64,000 nt of DNA from a bacterium (lineage in GTDB: Bacteria > UBA8248). A model generated the notes under the pieces. That model had not been told where the DNA came from. It worked only from the letters and a program-made list of their open reading frames with translations, and did no database searches. Made by a program: the position numbers and the translations under genes. The first letter of the stretch is position 1. Each line of letters opens with the position of its first letter. The DNA is taken from assembly GCA_965203325.1 (NCBI GenBank), contig OZ241875.1:608001-672000 (forward strand), in the 5' to 3' direction. Positions 10,863 through 21,156 of this stretch are shown piece by piece.

Positions 10863-11753
10863 CTACCAATCAGAAAGAGTGATGTTGATGCGTATGGCGG
10901 CACCGATCGGACCGGACCGACGGTTGATTAGTGGCCCAATCAGATCTTGGTCAGACTGCGAGTACTGTCGTCCCACTTTACATCGCAACAGCAATTCTGC
11001 GGTCCACGTTTCAAGTCGCCAATTTTCGTCACCCGACGACAACTGTAATTCTTTGAAGCTTGGACTGGCTTTTGGTCTGGAAGGGTCGTTGAGAACGCTT
11101 TCAATGGCACTGGACCTTACTACACGCGGTCCCAAAGGAGGAAATTGCACTGTATGATAGTTCGCCGCAGGCAAAGTGGATTCGAACGGAATTTGCGGTG
11201 GATGATAGAGAAGATAGAAAATCGATTCTCCAAATTTCTGTTGAAAATCACCAATGCGTTTCAATTGTTTATCATCGTGTTTGATCGCCGCATAGATCGA
11301 TTGGTCAATAAACTCGTAAGTCGTCCTCCTGATTAGTGGCGCGGTTGTTTCGAGAGGATTCAACAAACGGTTCAGGCCGTAACTAAAACCAATAGGGTCA
11401 TCGGTATCGACGTCATGATTCTCCGGGTATAGGCGCTTGGATTGTAGAAGGCCGATCTTCTGAGCTGTCGGTTTTCCACCGGAATATACGTGAACAAGAA
11501 AGGCAACATCGGCAAGCTCCCATTTCTCCAACTGTCTAAGGCCACCAATATTGTGCACCTGAATCATTACGACCGCGTTCGACGGAAGGCGCTTGGGAGC
11601 GGCAAATTTGGCTACAGCATTGACGAGCGCGTCATCCAGCGATGTTTCTCTAATGTTTGGTTGGTTGGATATTCGCTCAGTAGTTTCATCCGATGCATAC
11701 CGAACAACCATTCTAACATATTCAATGACGTCTTCCGGAATATCTGGCCACAT
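10863..11753 (-). CDS. Putative PD-(D/E)XK restriction-endonuclease-fold protein
   Basis: E...ELAD...LLQSKRL pattern, GAAGGAG RBS, defence-island context. Confidence 0.55.
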   Translation of the reverse strand: MWPDIPEDVIEYVRMVVRYASDETTERISNQPNIRETSLDDALVNAVAKFAAPKRLPSNAVVMIQVHNIGGLRQLEKWELADVAFLVHVYSGGKPTAQKIGLLQSKRLYPENHDVDTDDPIGFSYGLNRLLNPLETTAPLIRRTTYEFIDQSIYAAIKHDDKQLKRIGDFQQKFGESIFYLLYHPPQIPFESTLPAANYHTVQFPPLGPRVVRSSAIESVLNDPSRPKASPSFKELQLSSGDENWRLETWTAELLLRCKVGRQYSQSDQDLIGPLINRRSGPIGAAIRINITLSDW

Positions 11754-11801
11754 GAGAAAATTGCTCCTTCAATATTCGGTCAGAATTTGCAGATTGTGTC
11801 A

Positions 11802-13214
11802 GGGTTAAGTCCTAAACTTGCTGGAAAATTAAGAGGGGTGCCTCCTCGGCGGAGGAACCATGAACCCGTGCCGGTGAGCGCCGGCATCCCACCGAGGAGG
11901 CAACCCCATGAAGAAGAGAATACAGGCATCGATGCATACCCGCCAATCCCTGTCCGACCTGCTCGAAGGCCGTCTGTCGAGTCCTGATGCGCGAGCCGAC
12001 CTGGTGAAGCTCGCCACGCGGCTCATCGTGGAAGAGGCGCTGGAGGCGGAGAGCCGCGACGCCTTGGGCCGGGAATACTACGAACACGGCGCGAAGCCCG
12101 GCCAGGGCTACCGCAACGGTCACCGCCCGGGTCGCCTGAAGACGGCCGAAGGGTTCATCGAGTACGCGGCGCCGCAGATTGCCGGGCGCGAGGAAGGGTT
12201 CCGCTCCGAGATCCGCGAGGGCCTCAAGGGGCGCACCGAGGCGCTCGAGGGGCTGGCGGTGGAGCTTCTGGCGCGCGGCCTGTCGGTGCGCGACATCGAA
12301 GACGTCTTCACCGACGAGAGCGGTCGTCTTCTGCTCTCGCGCACGGCGGTCTCCGAACTCGGTGAGCGTCTCTGGGAAGACTACCAGGAGTTCGCGTCAA
12401 GGGACCTGGGCGAGCACGAGGTCGTCTATCTGTTCATCGACGGGATTGCGGAACGTATCCGCCCGGGGAGCAGGCGCGAGCCGGTTCTGGCCGCCTGGGG
12501 ATTCACGGCGAACGGCGCGAAGGTTCTCCTGCACCTGATGGCGGGTTCAAAAGAAGACGCCGAGACGGTGAGCGCGTTCTTCCACGACATGCGCGCCCGC
12601 GGCCTGGGCGACCCTTTGCTGGTGGTCAGCGACGGAGCGCCCGGCATCATCAAGGCGATCGAGACGTGCTTCCCGCGCTCGGAGCGGCAACGCTGCCTGG
12701 CGCACCGGATGAGGAACCTCGCGGCCAAGGCGCCCGAGGACCTCTGGCCGGAGTTCAAGGCGCGGGCGACGGCGGCCTACCAGGCCCCCTCGCGCGCCAT
12801 CGCCCGGGAACTGGCCGAAGGGATAGTCAGGGACTACGAGTCCGAACTGCCCGGCGCCGTGGCGTGTATCGCGACGACTTCGAAGCCTGCATCGCGCACC
12901 TGCGGGCGCCCGTCAACCACCGCCGGGCCGTGCGCACCACGAACCTCTTGGAGCGCTTGCTCGTCGAGGAACGCAGGCGGATGAAGATCATCCCCAACGC
13001 CTTCGGGGAAAAGCCGGTGCTCAAGCTCATGTTCGCCGCCATGATCCGGGCTTCGGAGCGATGGCGGGCGCTCAGGGTCACCGGCTTCGAACGCCGACAG
13101 ATGGACGCCCTGAGAAGGGAACTGGACCAGGACTACGAGGCGGAAAACGACATCAGGCAGCCCTCGGCCGATATGCGCCCAAAGAAATTATCCAGCATCT
13201 ACAGGACTTGACCC
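11802..13214 (+). mobile_element. IS256-family insertion sequence
   Basis: 29-bp imperfect terminal inverted repeats (GGGTTAAGTCCTAAACTTGCTGGAAAATT vs GGGTCAAGTCCTGTAGATGCTGGATAATT, 23/29) around a mutator-type transposase. Confidence 0.9.
11908..13211 (+). pseudogene. IS256 transposase with a frameshift near 12867
   Basis: YRNG, YLFIDG, VSDGAPG and QRCLAH are in one frame; RTTNLLER and the C-terminus are in another. Confidence 0.85.
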
Positions 13215-13698
13215 TTTTTAGTTCCGCCTTGCTCGGCTGATAGGTAGGTTTGACGACTTTTACGGTGGGGCGTTTTGGCTGATCTTTTTTCATTATTCCC
13301 AACCCTCCTTCATCATGTCATTCCCCCTTCGGAAAGCTATCCTTGCGCACTGTGAAATAATATGCAATTCTTTTTCCGTCACTATTGCTTGAGAGAACCC
13401 GTCACATCCGTCGGGTCTCTCGCTGAATACAACAGCCTGCACGATTCCGGGGGTCGCTCCCTTGGGAAAGGTGAATAGGCGAGTCTTCACACGATCTCTC
13501 AAGTGATAGTGACGCGGCCCGGCCTGGACGGGTCACGTCATCAAAAATGCGTCGGGGTTCCCGCTCGAACGAGAACCCCGACTTGGTGGGGTTCGCCACC
13601 ACACAACACATGGTATTCATCCTGTGTAGCACACCCCACCGACCTGAACGATGAACAAAGGTGTGTCCTTTCAAAATCGCTTGTCGGGAGGGTGACCA

Positions 13699-14235
13699 AT
13701 GCGTCATTTTCTGTGTCTGTTTTTTGTTGTCCTTGTGGTTTCCGGATGCAAGTCCGCCATGGACTTCAAACCGCCACCTGCCCAAACCGCCCAAGAAAAA
13801 GCGGACGTACGGGTAACCGAGCAGCATTTTAGTGCCGAGAGAGAAGCAACGCGGTTATGGCAGAAAGCGGAAGATCGCGCACGCGCGGCGATCATGAGAT
13901 CAAGTGCAGGAGACGAGTGGATAGCTGTTGCGAAAGAATATCAGGACGCCAAGTTTCAATGGGAATACAGCTACAAGGGAGGGCGCATGGACTCTCTGGG
14001 TGAAGTTCTTTTCAACGCCATGTTCGTGGATAGATACAAAGCCGCAAGAAGTCGATATCACGAAGCCAAGCAGAAATACGAGTCACTGCGGAAAGACATG
14101 CGGAGAACTCTTTACAGAATGACAGCTGAGTTTCTTGAAGATGAGATCAGGAAAATTCGTGAAAGGAAACAAGATTCGCTCTTGGGCAAGCTCAGAAGAT
14201 TGATGAAGAAAAAGAAAGCCGAAATGACGCTCTAA
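13699..14235 (+). CDS. Putative lipoprotein, helical/coiled-coil
   Basis: Hydrophobic N-terminus ending in lipobox VSGC; GGAGG RBS. Confidence 0.6.
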   Translation: MRHFLCLFFVVLVVSGCKSAMDFKPPPAQTAQEKADVRVTEQHFSAEREATRLWQKAEDRARAAIMRSSAGDEWIAVAKEYQDAKFQWEYSYKGGRMDSLGEVLFNAMFVDRYKAARSRYHEAKQKYESLRKDMRRTLYRMTAEFLEDEIRKIRERKQDSLLGKLRRLMKKKKAEMTL

Positions 14236-14269
14236 AGAAGCATTTCCGTTGCGAAAGGGAAATATTGAA

Positions 14270-14506
14270 ATGCAGATATTTCAACATGAAGAAGAAAGTT
14301 ATAGCGAATGGCTTGAAAGCAATCCCAAAGGCTTCGTCTTGAATAACGGTATGATTCATCGTGCTTCTTGTTTCCATATCCATCTAGGTGCATACAAAAA
14401 GATCATGAGTAGCAATTTGAGTGATCTCGTTACTCATTTACTTGCAAAGCATGAAGGATGGACTTACTGCAAGACTTGTACACCACAAAACTGGAAAGAG
14501 ATTTGA
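14270..14506 (+). CDS. Small hypothetical protein, possibly metal-binding
   Basis: YxxWLxxNPxGFVLN, HRASC and C-terminal CKTC. Confidence 0.5.
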   Translation: MQIFQHEEESYSEWLESNPKGFVLNNGMIHRASCFHIHLGAYKKIMSSNLSDLVTHLLAKHEGWTYCKTCTPQNWKEI

Positions 14507-14852
14507 TTACCGATTGAATTTCCGGCATGAAGACGGAGGCCGCGGCTACTACCGGGGCCTCCGTTCCGCCCGTTCGCTTGTTGGCTTGACCACTAACGGG
14601 GATACTTCCAAAATCAATTGCTGAAATATTTCCGAAAAAATTGCTCATGTCAACCTCTCAGGTCCAGTGTGCCCGGGAGGAAAATGAGATGCAATACGAA
14701 ACAAGAAAAAGGCACCTCAACTATCAAGAACTGATGAAAGAGAACTTGTGCAAGCAAGGAAAACTGAAACGGAGAATCATTCGAAAATTTCGCATTGATT
14801 CTATCTCTGTGGTTGGGCCTTCAGAAAAGATTCCGGTTCTGATAGGGAGAAA

Positions 14853-15068
14853 ATGAAAATGGACACGACCGAGAGACATGAACGAAAAATCCACGCGCTC
14901 ACGCACGCCTTGCGTGAGATTATTGTGGCGCTGCTACCCCTGCTTGATGAGAAGCAACGCTTCCAGCTCACTGCGGAAATATCCAAGAAAGCGCATGGGT
15001 TCTCGATGACCCCGGACGATGATCCCTATCAGCAGATATTCCAGGAGCTTGAGGAGGTGCTGCTTTAA
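14853..15068 (+). CDS. Small hypothetical helical protein
   Basis: GGGAG RBS, ATG start, protein-like composition. Confidence 0.45.
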   Translation: MKMDTTERHERKIHALTHALREIIVALLPLLDEKQRFQLTAEISKKAHGFSMTPDDDPYQQIFQELEEVLL

Positions 15069-15879
15069 TTTGGTGTTCTGGTTGGCGCTTATGTTTTAAC
15101 GAATTGTAGACGCCTCGACAGAGGCCGTGCATGCGATTTTTTCATAAAGGGCGGCACGCTCTTCGGGGGTACAAAGACAATCGACGACGGCGTTGATTTT
15201 CACCTCAAGATACCATCCTTTACTGGATTTTCTTCCAGAGGTGACAGCCAATTCAGTTCTATCAAGAAGCCATTCATCGATTTGACGGCGGAATGGACGT
15301 GCAACATAAGGCTGCAACAGTTGCAAGGTTAGAATTTAGTGTTGAAAACGTCATAACTTATTGTTTTTAAATGCTATATACCCCCAACAGATTAACGTTC
15401 ACTCCTTTCATGTGTCTCACAAATCCTCAGGCAGCGAGACCAGTCTCTCAGCATGCCAAAAAAACTAGCTAGACTCTGTCTGCGGGTTAAGGTTTCCGCG
15501 AAGGATTTCCTACCGCCTCTTGGTCGCGTCTTACGATCATAGGGAAACAAACCAACTAACCACTCTCTCCGTTCTGTCATGACACATTGGCAAGTGAGCC
15601 AAAAATTCTCCGTTGCAATATGGCTTTTACAGGACAATTCGGACAGACGGAGAGTAGGATAATTTGGAGACGACATCTTCGGAACGCAAACGCGATTCAC
15701 TAAACTGCACTCGCACCAGTACCGGACTGAGATGGATAGGAGAAACGGAATAATTCTACTGAAAAGCATAAGTTTATTAAGATTAGAGACTTATTAAAGA
15801 CACCCTAGCTCTCGAATATCCTCACCTATGTATGATATATTGTTGGAAAACAAAAAATAATGGGATATAAAGCTAATAT

Positions 15880-15892
15880 AATCAATAAGTTA
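15880..15892 (+). promoter_or_regulatory. IHF binding site beside the att site
   Basis: AATCAATAAGTTA matches the WATCAANNNNTTR consensus exactly. Confidence 0.55.
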
Positions 15893-15901
15893 ATATTATT
15901 A

Positions 15902-15924
15902 TTCTAATCCGGCCTTGGGCACCA
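15902..15924 (+). other. att site: duplicated 3' end of a tRNA (Leu-like)
   Basis: TTCTAATCCGGCCTTGGGCACCA is a degenerate T-loop, T-stem 3' strand, acceptor strand and CCA. There is no 5' tRNA half upstream. Confidence 0.75.
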
Positions 15925-15967
15925 CTTACCTTTTCTCACGTTTCCGTGAATAAGCGATTTTGCCCTG

Positions 15968-15999
15968 AACCCCTTGTAACACAGGGGTTTTCTGTTTCT
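15968..15999 (+). terminator. Rho-independent terminator-like hairpin
   Basis: AACCCCT-TGTAACAC-AGGGGTT followed by a T-rich tract, just after the tRNA-like end. Confidence 0.55.
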
Positions 16000-16183
16000 A
16001 TCACGTTAGTTGTTGTCATTGGTCCTTGCATGTTGACGAATAGCCATCATCAAAGAAAGCAGTTAGATATCAATGAGTTCCAATATATCGCCAAGTATCG
16101 AAAAGAATTTTCACATGATTGTAAAAAAAGAGTGCGCGTGCGACGATTGTGTCTGGATATGACGCTCGAACCCCTCGATAACG

Positions 16184-18229
16184 GTGGCTGTGTTGAACCA
16201 CGGACGTTCGATATTTCGCCGCTCGCAGAGTCTTCCCAGATACCTGGAATATGGCATACCTGCGCTGATCCTGTTGCTGGGGCTTGCCCTTCGGGCCTGG
16301 GATCCGGCGCCGATTGCGGACATGCGGCTGAGAACTTTTGACTATTATCAACACATCAAACCGCGCGAATACGTTCCGCTTCCGGTCCATATCATTGATC
16401 TCGACGATGAAAGTATTTCACGTTACGGCCAATGGCCGTGGCCGCGGAATTTGCTTGCCCGGCTCCTCGAAAAGTTGACGGAGGCTCGTGCGGCGGCGGT
16501 TGTCTTCGATGTCATATTCTCGGAACCTGACCGCACATCGCCTCTTGAAATTATCAAACATTTACCGGGACAATTGGTCGATGAGAACCTGCGGGAGAAA
16601 GCGGCGCGCTCTAAAAATCACGACGAGATGTTTGCGGCCGCAATCAGAAAAGCGGGTAATGTCGCGCTGGGTTTCGTATTAACCCCGAATGGTCCAGGCG
16701 CTCAGCCGCCAATTCGCACGGGATACGCATTTACCGGTGACGACCCGCGCCTTTTCGTTCCCCGCTTCGAGGGTTCCGTTCTCAATTTGAGCCGCCTTTC
16801 CACTTCTGCAGCCGGTGGCGGAAGCCTGAACCTTGTACCCGAGCGTGACGGCGTGGCCCGCCGTGTTCCGCTATTGGTAAATTTCGTCGACAAAATCTAT
16901 CCGACACTATCACTCGACACGCTGCGAATGGTCCAAGGCGCCTCGACACTGCTGGTGAAAAGCTCCGGCGCAAGCAGTGAGAAAGCGTTCGGACAAAAGA
17001 CCGGCGTCATCAACGTCAAGGTCGGCCGGCTCACGGTGCCGACGGATGCGGTAGGGAGAATCTGGCTCTACCAGACCCGTGAGCAGGATGTCCGGTTCGT
17101 GCCGGCCTGGAAGGTACTCGTCGGCGATTTCAACCAAACCCGGCTCAAGGGTTCGATTCTATTCGTCGGCACGAGCGCCGCAGGACTCGCCGATCTCAAG
17201 ACGACACCGCTCCATCCGTCTCTTCCCGGCGTTGCGATCCACGCCCAAGTCACCGAACAAATGCTTCTCGGCTCCTACCTTACCCGCCCAGACTGGGCGA
17301 CGGGCGCAGAGTTGATCTTTCTATTCATCGCCGGCTCCATTCTCGTATTCCTTATCCCGCGGCTTGGAGCGGCATGGTCGGCGCTGATTGGCGGTGTGTG
17401 TGCCGTATTCGGCGTCGCCCTCTCATGGTATGCCTTCAGTGCGGCCTCCATAAGGCTTTTAATCGATCCGATCTATCCCGTCTTCATTGTAGGAATCGTT
17501 TTTGTCTGCGGTTCGATTTTGAGCTATTTGCGCACCGAATTGGATCGTCGCCAACTCCACAGCATGTTCGGCATGTATGTTTCGCGCAAGCTTGTCGACC
17601 ACCTCGTCACACACCCGAACGAGGTGAAACTGGGCGGAGAGATGCGGCCCTTGACGGTGATGTTCATGGATGTGCGCGGCTTCACCGCTCTGTCCGAGAA
17701 CATGTCGGCTGGCGAACTCACCACGTTCATGAACCGGTTTCTGACGACGATGACCGCGGCCGTACTCGAACAAGACGGGACGATCAGCCACTACACGGGT
17801 GACGGACTAATGGCCTTTTGGAATTCGCCGGTCGATCAGCCCGATCACGTCCGCCGCGCCTGCTTGGCGGCGCTGGATATGAGAATGCGTCTCGATAATC
17901 TCAATGCGGACCTCGAAAGCGAAGCCCTGGCCCGGAAAGCCTCGCACAATCCCATACGGATCGGGATCGGATTAAACACCGGCGTATGTTGCGTCGGCAA
18001 CATCGGTTCTGAGCAGCGCTTCGGCTATTCGGCCCTGGGCGACGCCGTGAACATCGCAGCCCGCCTGGAGACGGAATCAAAGACCTACGGAGTGCCGATC
18101 ATCATCGGCGAATCGACTCGCGCGGCCGTCTCCGAGTTCGACTGTGAGGAGATCGGCAATATCAAAATTCGTGGTCGGGAAGCTCCGTTGACGATATTCT
18201 CTTTATTGGGCGAGCAACACGCAGAATGA
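16184..18229 (+). CDS. CHASE2-domain class III adenylate/guanylate cyclase
   Basis: GQWPWPR and DVIFSEPDR (CHASE2), three TM helices, then FMDVRGFT, GDGLMAFW and GDAVNIAARLE. Confidence 0.92.
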   Translation: MAVLNHGRSIFRRSQSLPRYLEYGIPALILLLGLALRAWDPAPIADMRLRTFDYYQHIKPREYVPLPVHIIDLDDESISRYGQWPWPRNLLARLLEKLTEARAAAVVFDVIFSEPDRTSPLEIIKHLPGQLVDENLREKAARSKNHDEMFAAAIRKAGNVALGFVLTPNGPGAQPPIRTGYAFTGDDPRLFVPRFEGSVLNLSRLSTSAAGGGSLNLVPERDGVARRVPLLVNFVDKIYPTLSLDTLRMVQGASTLLVKSSGASSEKAFGQKTGVINVKVGRLTVPTDAVGRIWLYQTREQDVRFVPAWKVLVGDFNQTRLKGSILFVGTSAAGLADLKTTPLHPSLPGVAIHAQVTEQMLLGSYLTRPDWATGAELIFLFIAGSILVFLIPRLGAAWSALIGGVCAVFGVALSWYAFSAASIRLLIDPIYPVFIVGIVFVCGSILSYLRTELDRRQLHSMFGMYVSRKLVDHLVTHPNEVKLGGEMRPLTVMFMDVRGFTALSENMSAGELTTFMNRFLTTMTAAVLEQDGTISHYTGDGLMAFWNSPVDQPDHVRRACLAALDMRMRLDNLNADLESEALARKASHNPIRIGIGLNTGVCCVGNIGSEQRFGYSALGDAVNIAARLETESKTYGVPIIIGESTRAAVSEFDCEEIGNIKIRGREAPLTIFSLLGEQHAE

Positions 18230-18325
18230 CGCCTCTTGGGAAAGCGAACCCGCTTGCTAATCCCGGGTTCGTTACTCAGTAGACATCGACCTGAAAAACT
18301 ATCCGGTTTTCTTTCCGATCAAACG

Positions 18326-21073
18326 CTATCTTTCCCCCGCGAAAGTTCCGCCGGCCTTGTAGCCGTTGCCCGTGACGTTGAAATCGCCGCCGACATAGGC
18401 GGGGATGGCGCCGGAACCTTGGGCAGGCGACTTGAAGAACGACCCCCGCAGGTTCATCACCCGATTGGAACTGCCCTGGATGTTCGCACTCTGGAAGTCG
18501 CTCCTGAGATTCGATGCCGAAACCGATCCTGAATAGTCGGCGCCGTCGAAATTCGTGACGTTAAATGCGCCTGTATCGGTCGCAAAATTGTACTGTTGGG
18601 TGAAGCGCCCCGCCGAAACGTAGTAGTTCGCGCCGTTTTTTACGTTACCCACGATGTGCCCGGCGTATGAGGCCGTACCGGTGGTGGGTATGTCCACGGC
18701 GTCGGGGATCTCGCCTGCGACCCAGGAAGCGATGTGAACTGCTTCCCTCTCGTTGTTTCGATCTTCCTGGGTTGTTTCCCTACGTGCATCGGCCGACCAG
18801 TAACCCCAACTCAGATATTCGCATTCGCAGGGCGTAACGCCCTCCGGCAGTACGTCTCCGAACATTCCGGTGGAAGCGAACAATCCACTCAGGCGTAAGA
18901 TGGGATTACCACTCATAAAACCGTTACCGCCGATGACTTCTCGTCCGCCAGGCGATAGCTCACGGGCGATGAAACGGCGGTCGTCGATAAACGCCGATCG
19001 GGAATGGAAGGTACCTATGGGGGTGCCGAGGCGGTAGAAGTTGTTGTTGGACCCCTCAATGCTTTCAATGCCCACTTCCACTAGCATCCAGTTGCTACCG
19101 TTATCCGTGAAAATCCGGGCCCCGGCCTGTCCGCTCGGCGACACGTCGGGCGTGCTATAACGCCCGCGATCGACGGGGTCGGCATTAAAGACATAATCGC
19201 CTTGAAACTCGCCCCCTCTCTCTCTGATCTCGACGATGCCGCCTGTGTAGCCGAACAGTGTGCGTGTCGTTCGCCTAGAGCCGAGATTGGCCGGCGAGGA
19301 AGCCGGTCGCACGTACCCGTTGGTATGGAATCTTGTTCCTTGAGAGTCAAGACCGATTAGGGTCTGATAAAAGCCTGTGTAACCGGGTTGGCGAACGCCG
19401 GATAAAGTTCCAGAGTCCTGGGTGCTGTTGACGAAAAAATCGGGCGCGTTCACGCCAAAAAGACTATTTTTGTTCTCATCGTGTACGGAGTAGAAATTAA
19501 AAGCCGTTCGCACGGGATGGCTCGTACTGGATCGCCTTACAGATGTCCTGCTGCCTCCCCGAATTTCAATCGGTCCCTCTCTCGGCCCGCCCTCCACCAG
19601 ACGTGTAAGATAGTAACCGCCGGAAGTACCAAGCATGGCGGAACGCTGCGCCGGGCCCGAGCCGTCGAAGACCACGGCCGCGCCGGCGATTACTCCCGGG
19701 GCGACGTTTGTGTCGCGGGCTCCGTAAATCGTAAAAAGGGTGTATTCACGGAGCAGGCCGAGGACGTCGCCGCCTGCGGCATTGGGGAAGGGATGGGCAG
19801 TCTGGTGACTTTGAGTTGCGAATCCTGATGAGGGGAACAAATCCGAGGTGATCGGAATTCCGCCGAAAATCGTCGCGAGATTTCCGTCGTTCTCAGTCTC
19901 TCCCAACGTGTAGAAGAAGAAATCCTGGTTGGGCGAGAAAAACCCTGTGCCCGAAACCGGCCCGAACGGCGTAGACGTTCCGGCAGCATCAAAAGTGAAG
20001 TCCCCGTGACTGGGAATCGGCAGGCGAATCTCCTGGCCGTTCAGTATCGCGTTGAACCACCCGTCCTCGATCTGCCCATTTCCGTATCTGATGTTGTGTG
20101 CGGGAATCAATTCGATGATTCTATCCGCGCCCGTGGTTCCTTGGAAATCCTGAACTGGATTTCGTTGGTATTGGCCGTAGAAAGTAACCTGCGGGATACT
20201 TAGGCCGGGCTGCGGTTCGGGTTCAGGCTCGGGCATAGCCGAAAGGTTATCTTGCGCCTCCTCAATGATGTCGCTCTCCGGCACTTTCTCGTCGGCAACA
20301 CTCTTTTGCGTGGCTTGGGCAGCTTGGATAGCCGGCTCAATGGGTGCGAGATCAGCCGGATTCTGGGACGAACCTGCATCGGCAACCTGTTGTTCGGATT
20401 CGGCCGGCTCGTCGGCCGCTTCGCCTTCGAGCTTGGCGAGGTTGCCGTCGATTTCGGCTTGCGTAACTTTTTCGAGCTGAACGCTGCCGGTTTTTTCCGT
20501 CACCGTTGCCTTGAAGCCGTTACGGAGAATCCTGGATTGCAACTCCGCGCCGTCCGGCGTTCTAGGCGTGACAGCGACGTCGACACCGAAATGCTTGATC
20601 GCAACCACCGATTTATCGGAAACGTTAACGTCGGCGATGCCGCCGCGCAGCGCGATAATTGCGAGCGGAGTGCGGAACTCCACCTTGTTCTTCTTCGATA
20701 TCACGCCCCCAACGAAGCGAAAGAAACCTTTTGTTGTAGAGAAGATGACCTTGCCCGCCTTCGTCTTGGGATCGTAGACGTATTCGTCGAGCACGAGGTC
20801 TGAGTTCGGCGCAACGATCAGCGACGAGCGGTCATTGAAGATCAACTGCGCGCGGCCGCTTTGCGAAGTCACCAACCGTTCGTTGGCGAAGACGTTGGTG
20901 CCGATTTTTAGCCGCCGCGCCACAGCGCCCGGCGGCTGCCCGGTGGTAAGAACGGTGACCGCCGTGGTCGTCCCGATCTCCTGCGCCACCGCTACAGTTC
21001 CGAACATAGAGAGCACGATGCCCATCAGGGCGGCTTTCCACCGCCGCGTTCGGATAGATGATGTCATAATCAA
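18326..21073 (-). CDS. Secreted FecR-domain protein with C-terminal TbpB-like beta-barrel
   Basis: Signal peptide; FecR motifs (LIFNDRS, KGFFRFVGG, TPLAIIALRG); acidic/Pro linker; C-terminal PTTGTASYAG...GGTFAGER. Confidence 0.75.
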   Translation of the reverse strand: MIMTSSIRTRRWKAALMGIVLSMFGTVAVAQEIGTTTAVTVLTTGQPPGAVARRLKIGTNVFANERLVTSQSGRAQLIFNDRSSLIVAPNSDLVLDEYVYDPKTKAGKVIFSTTKGFFRFVGGVISKKNKVEFRTPLAIIALRGGIADVNVSDKSVVAIKHFGVDVAVTPRTPDGAELQSRILRNGFKATVTEKTGSVQLEKVTQAEIDGNLAKLEGEAADEPAESEQQVADAGSSQNPADLAPIEPAIQAAQATQKSVADEKVPESDIIEEAQDNLSAMPEPEPEPQPGLSIPQVTFYGQYQRNPVQDFQGTTGADRIIELIPAHNIRYGNGQIEDGWFNAILNGQEIRLPIPSHGDFTFDAAGTSTPFGPVSGTGFFSPNQDFFFYTLGETENDGNLATIFGGIPITSDLFPSSGFATQSHQTAHPFPNAAGGDVLGLLREYTLFTIYGARDTNVAPGVIAGAAVVFDGSGPAQRSAMLGTSGGYYLTRLVEGGPREGPIEIRGGSRTSVRRSSTSHPVRTAFNFYSVHDENKNSLFGVNAPDFFVNSTQDSGTLSGVRQPGYTGFYQTLIGLDSQGTRFHTNGYVRPASSPANLGSRRTTRTLFGYTGGIVEIRERGGEFQGDYVFNADPVDRGRYSTPDVSPSGQAGARIFTDNGSNWMLVEVGIESIEGSNNNFYRLGTPIGTFHSRSAFIDDRRFIARELSPGGREVIGGNGFMSGNPILRLSGLFASTGMFGDVLPEGVTPCECEYLSWGYWSADARRETTQEDRNNEREAVHIASWVAGEIPDAVDIPTTGTASYAGHIVGNVKNGANYYVSAGRFTQQYNFATDTGAFNVTNFDGADYSGSVSASNLRSDFQSANIQGSSNRVMNLRGSFFKSPAQGSGAIPAYVGGDFNVTGNGYKAGGTFAGER

Positions 21074-21156
21074 AGGTTCCTCATTTTATTTGAGATTCTT
21101 CAATTTCAATCACCCAAGTATCGGGATTATTTGCTTTTGCTTTCCTATCCGGCGAT

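Noticed and set aside
13699..15068. Possible integron cassette array of small co-oriented ORFs
   Set aside because: No attC-like RYYYAAC...GTTRRRY structures recognised between the ORFs, and no IntI.
15850..15924. Complete tRNA gene
   Set aside because: Only the 3' 23 nt are tRNA-like; the upstream sequence is AT-rich and cannot form the other arms.
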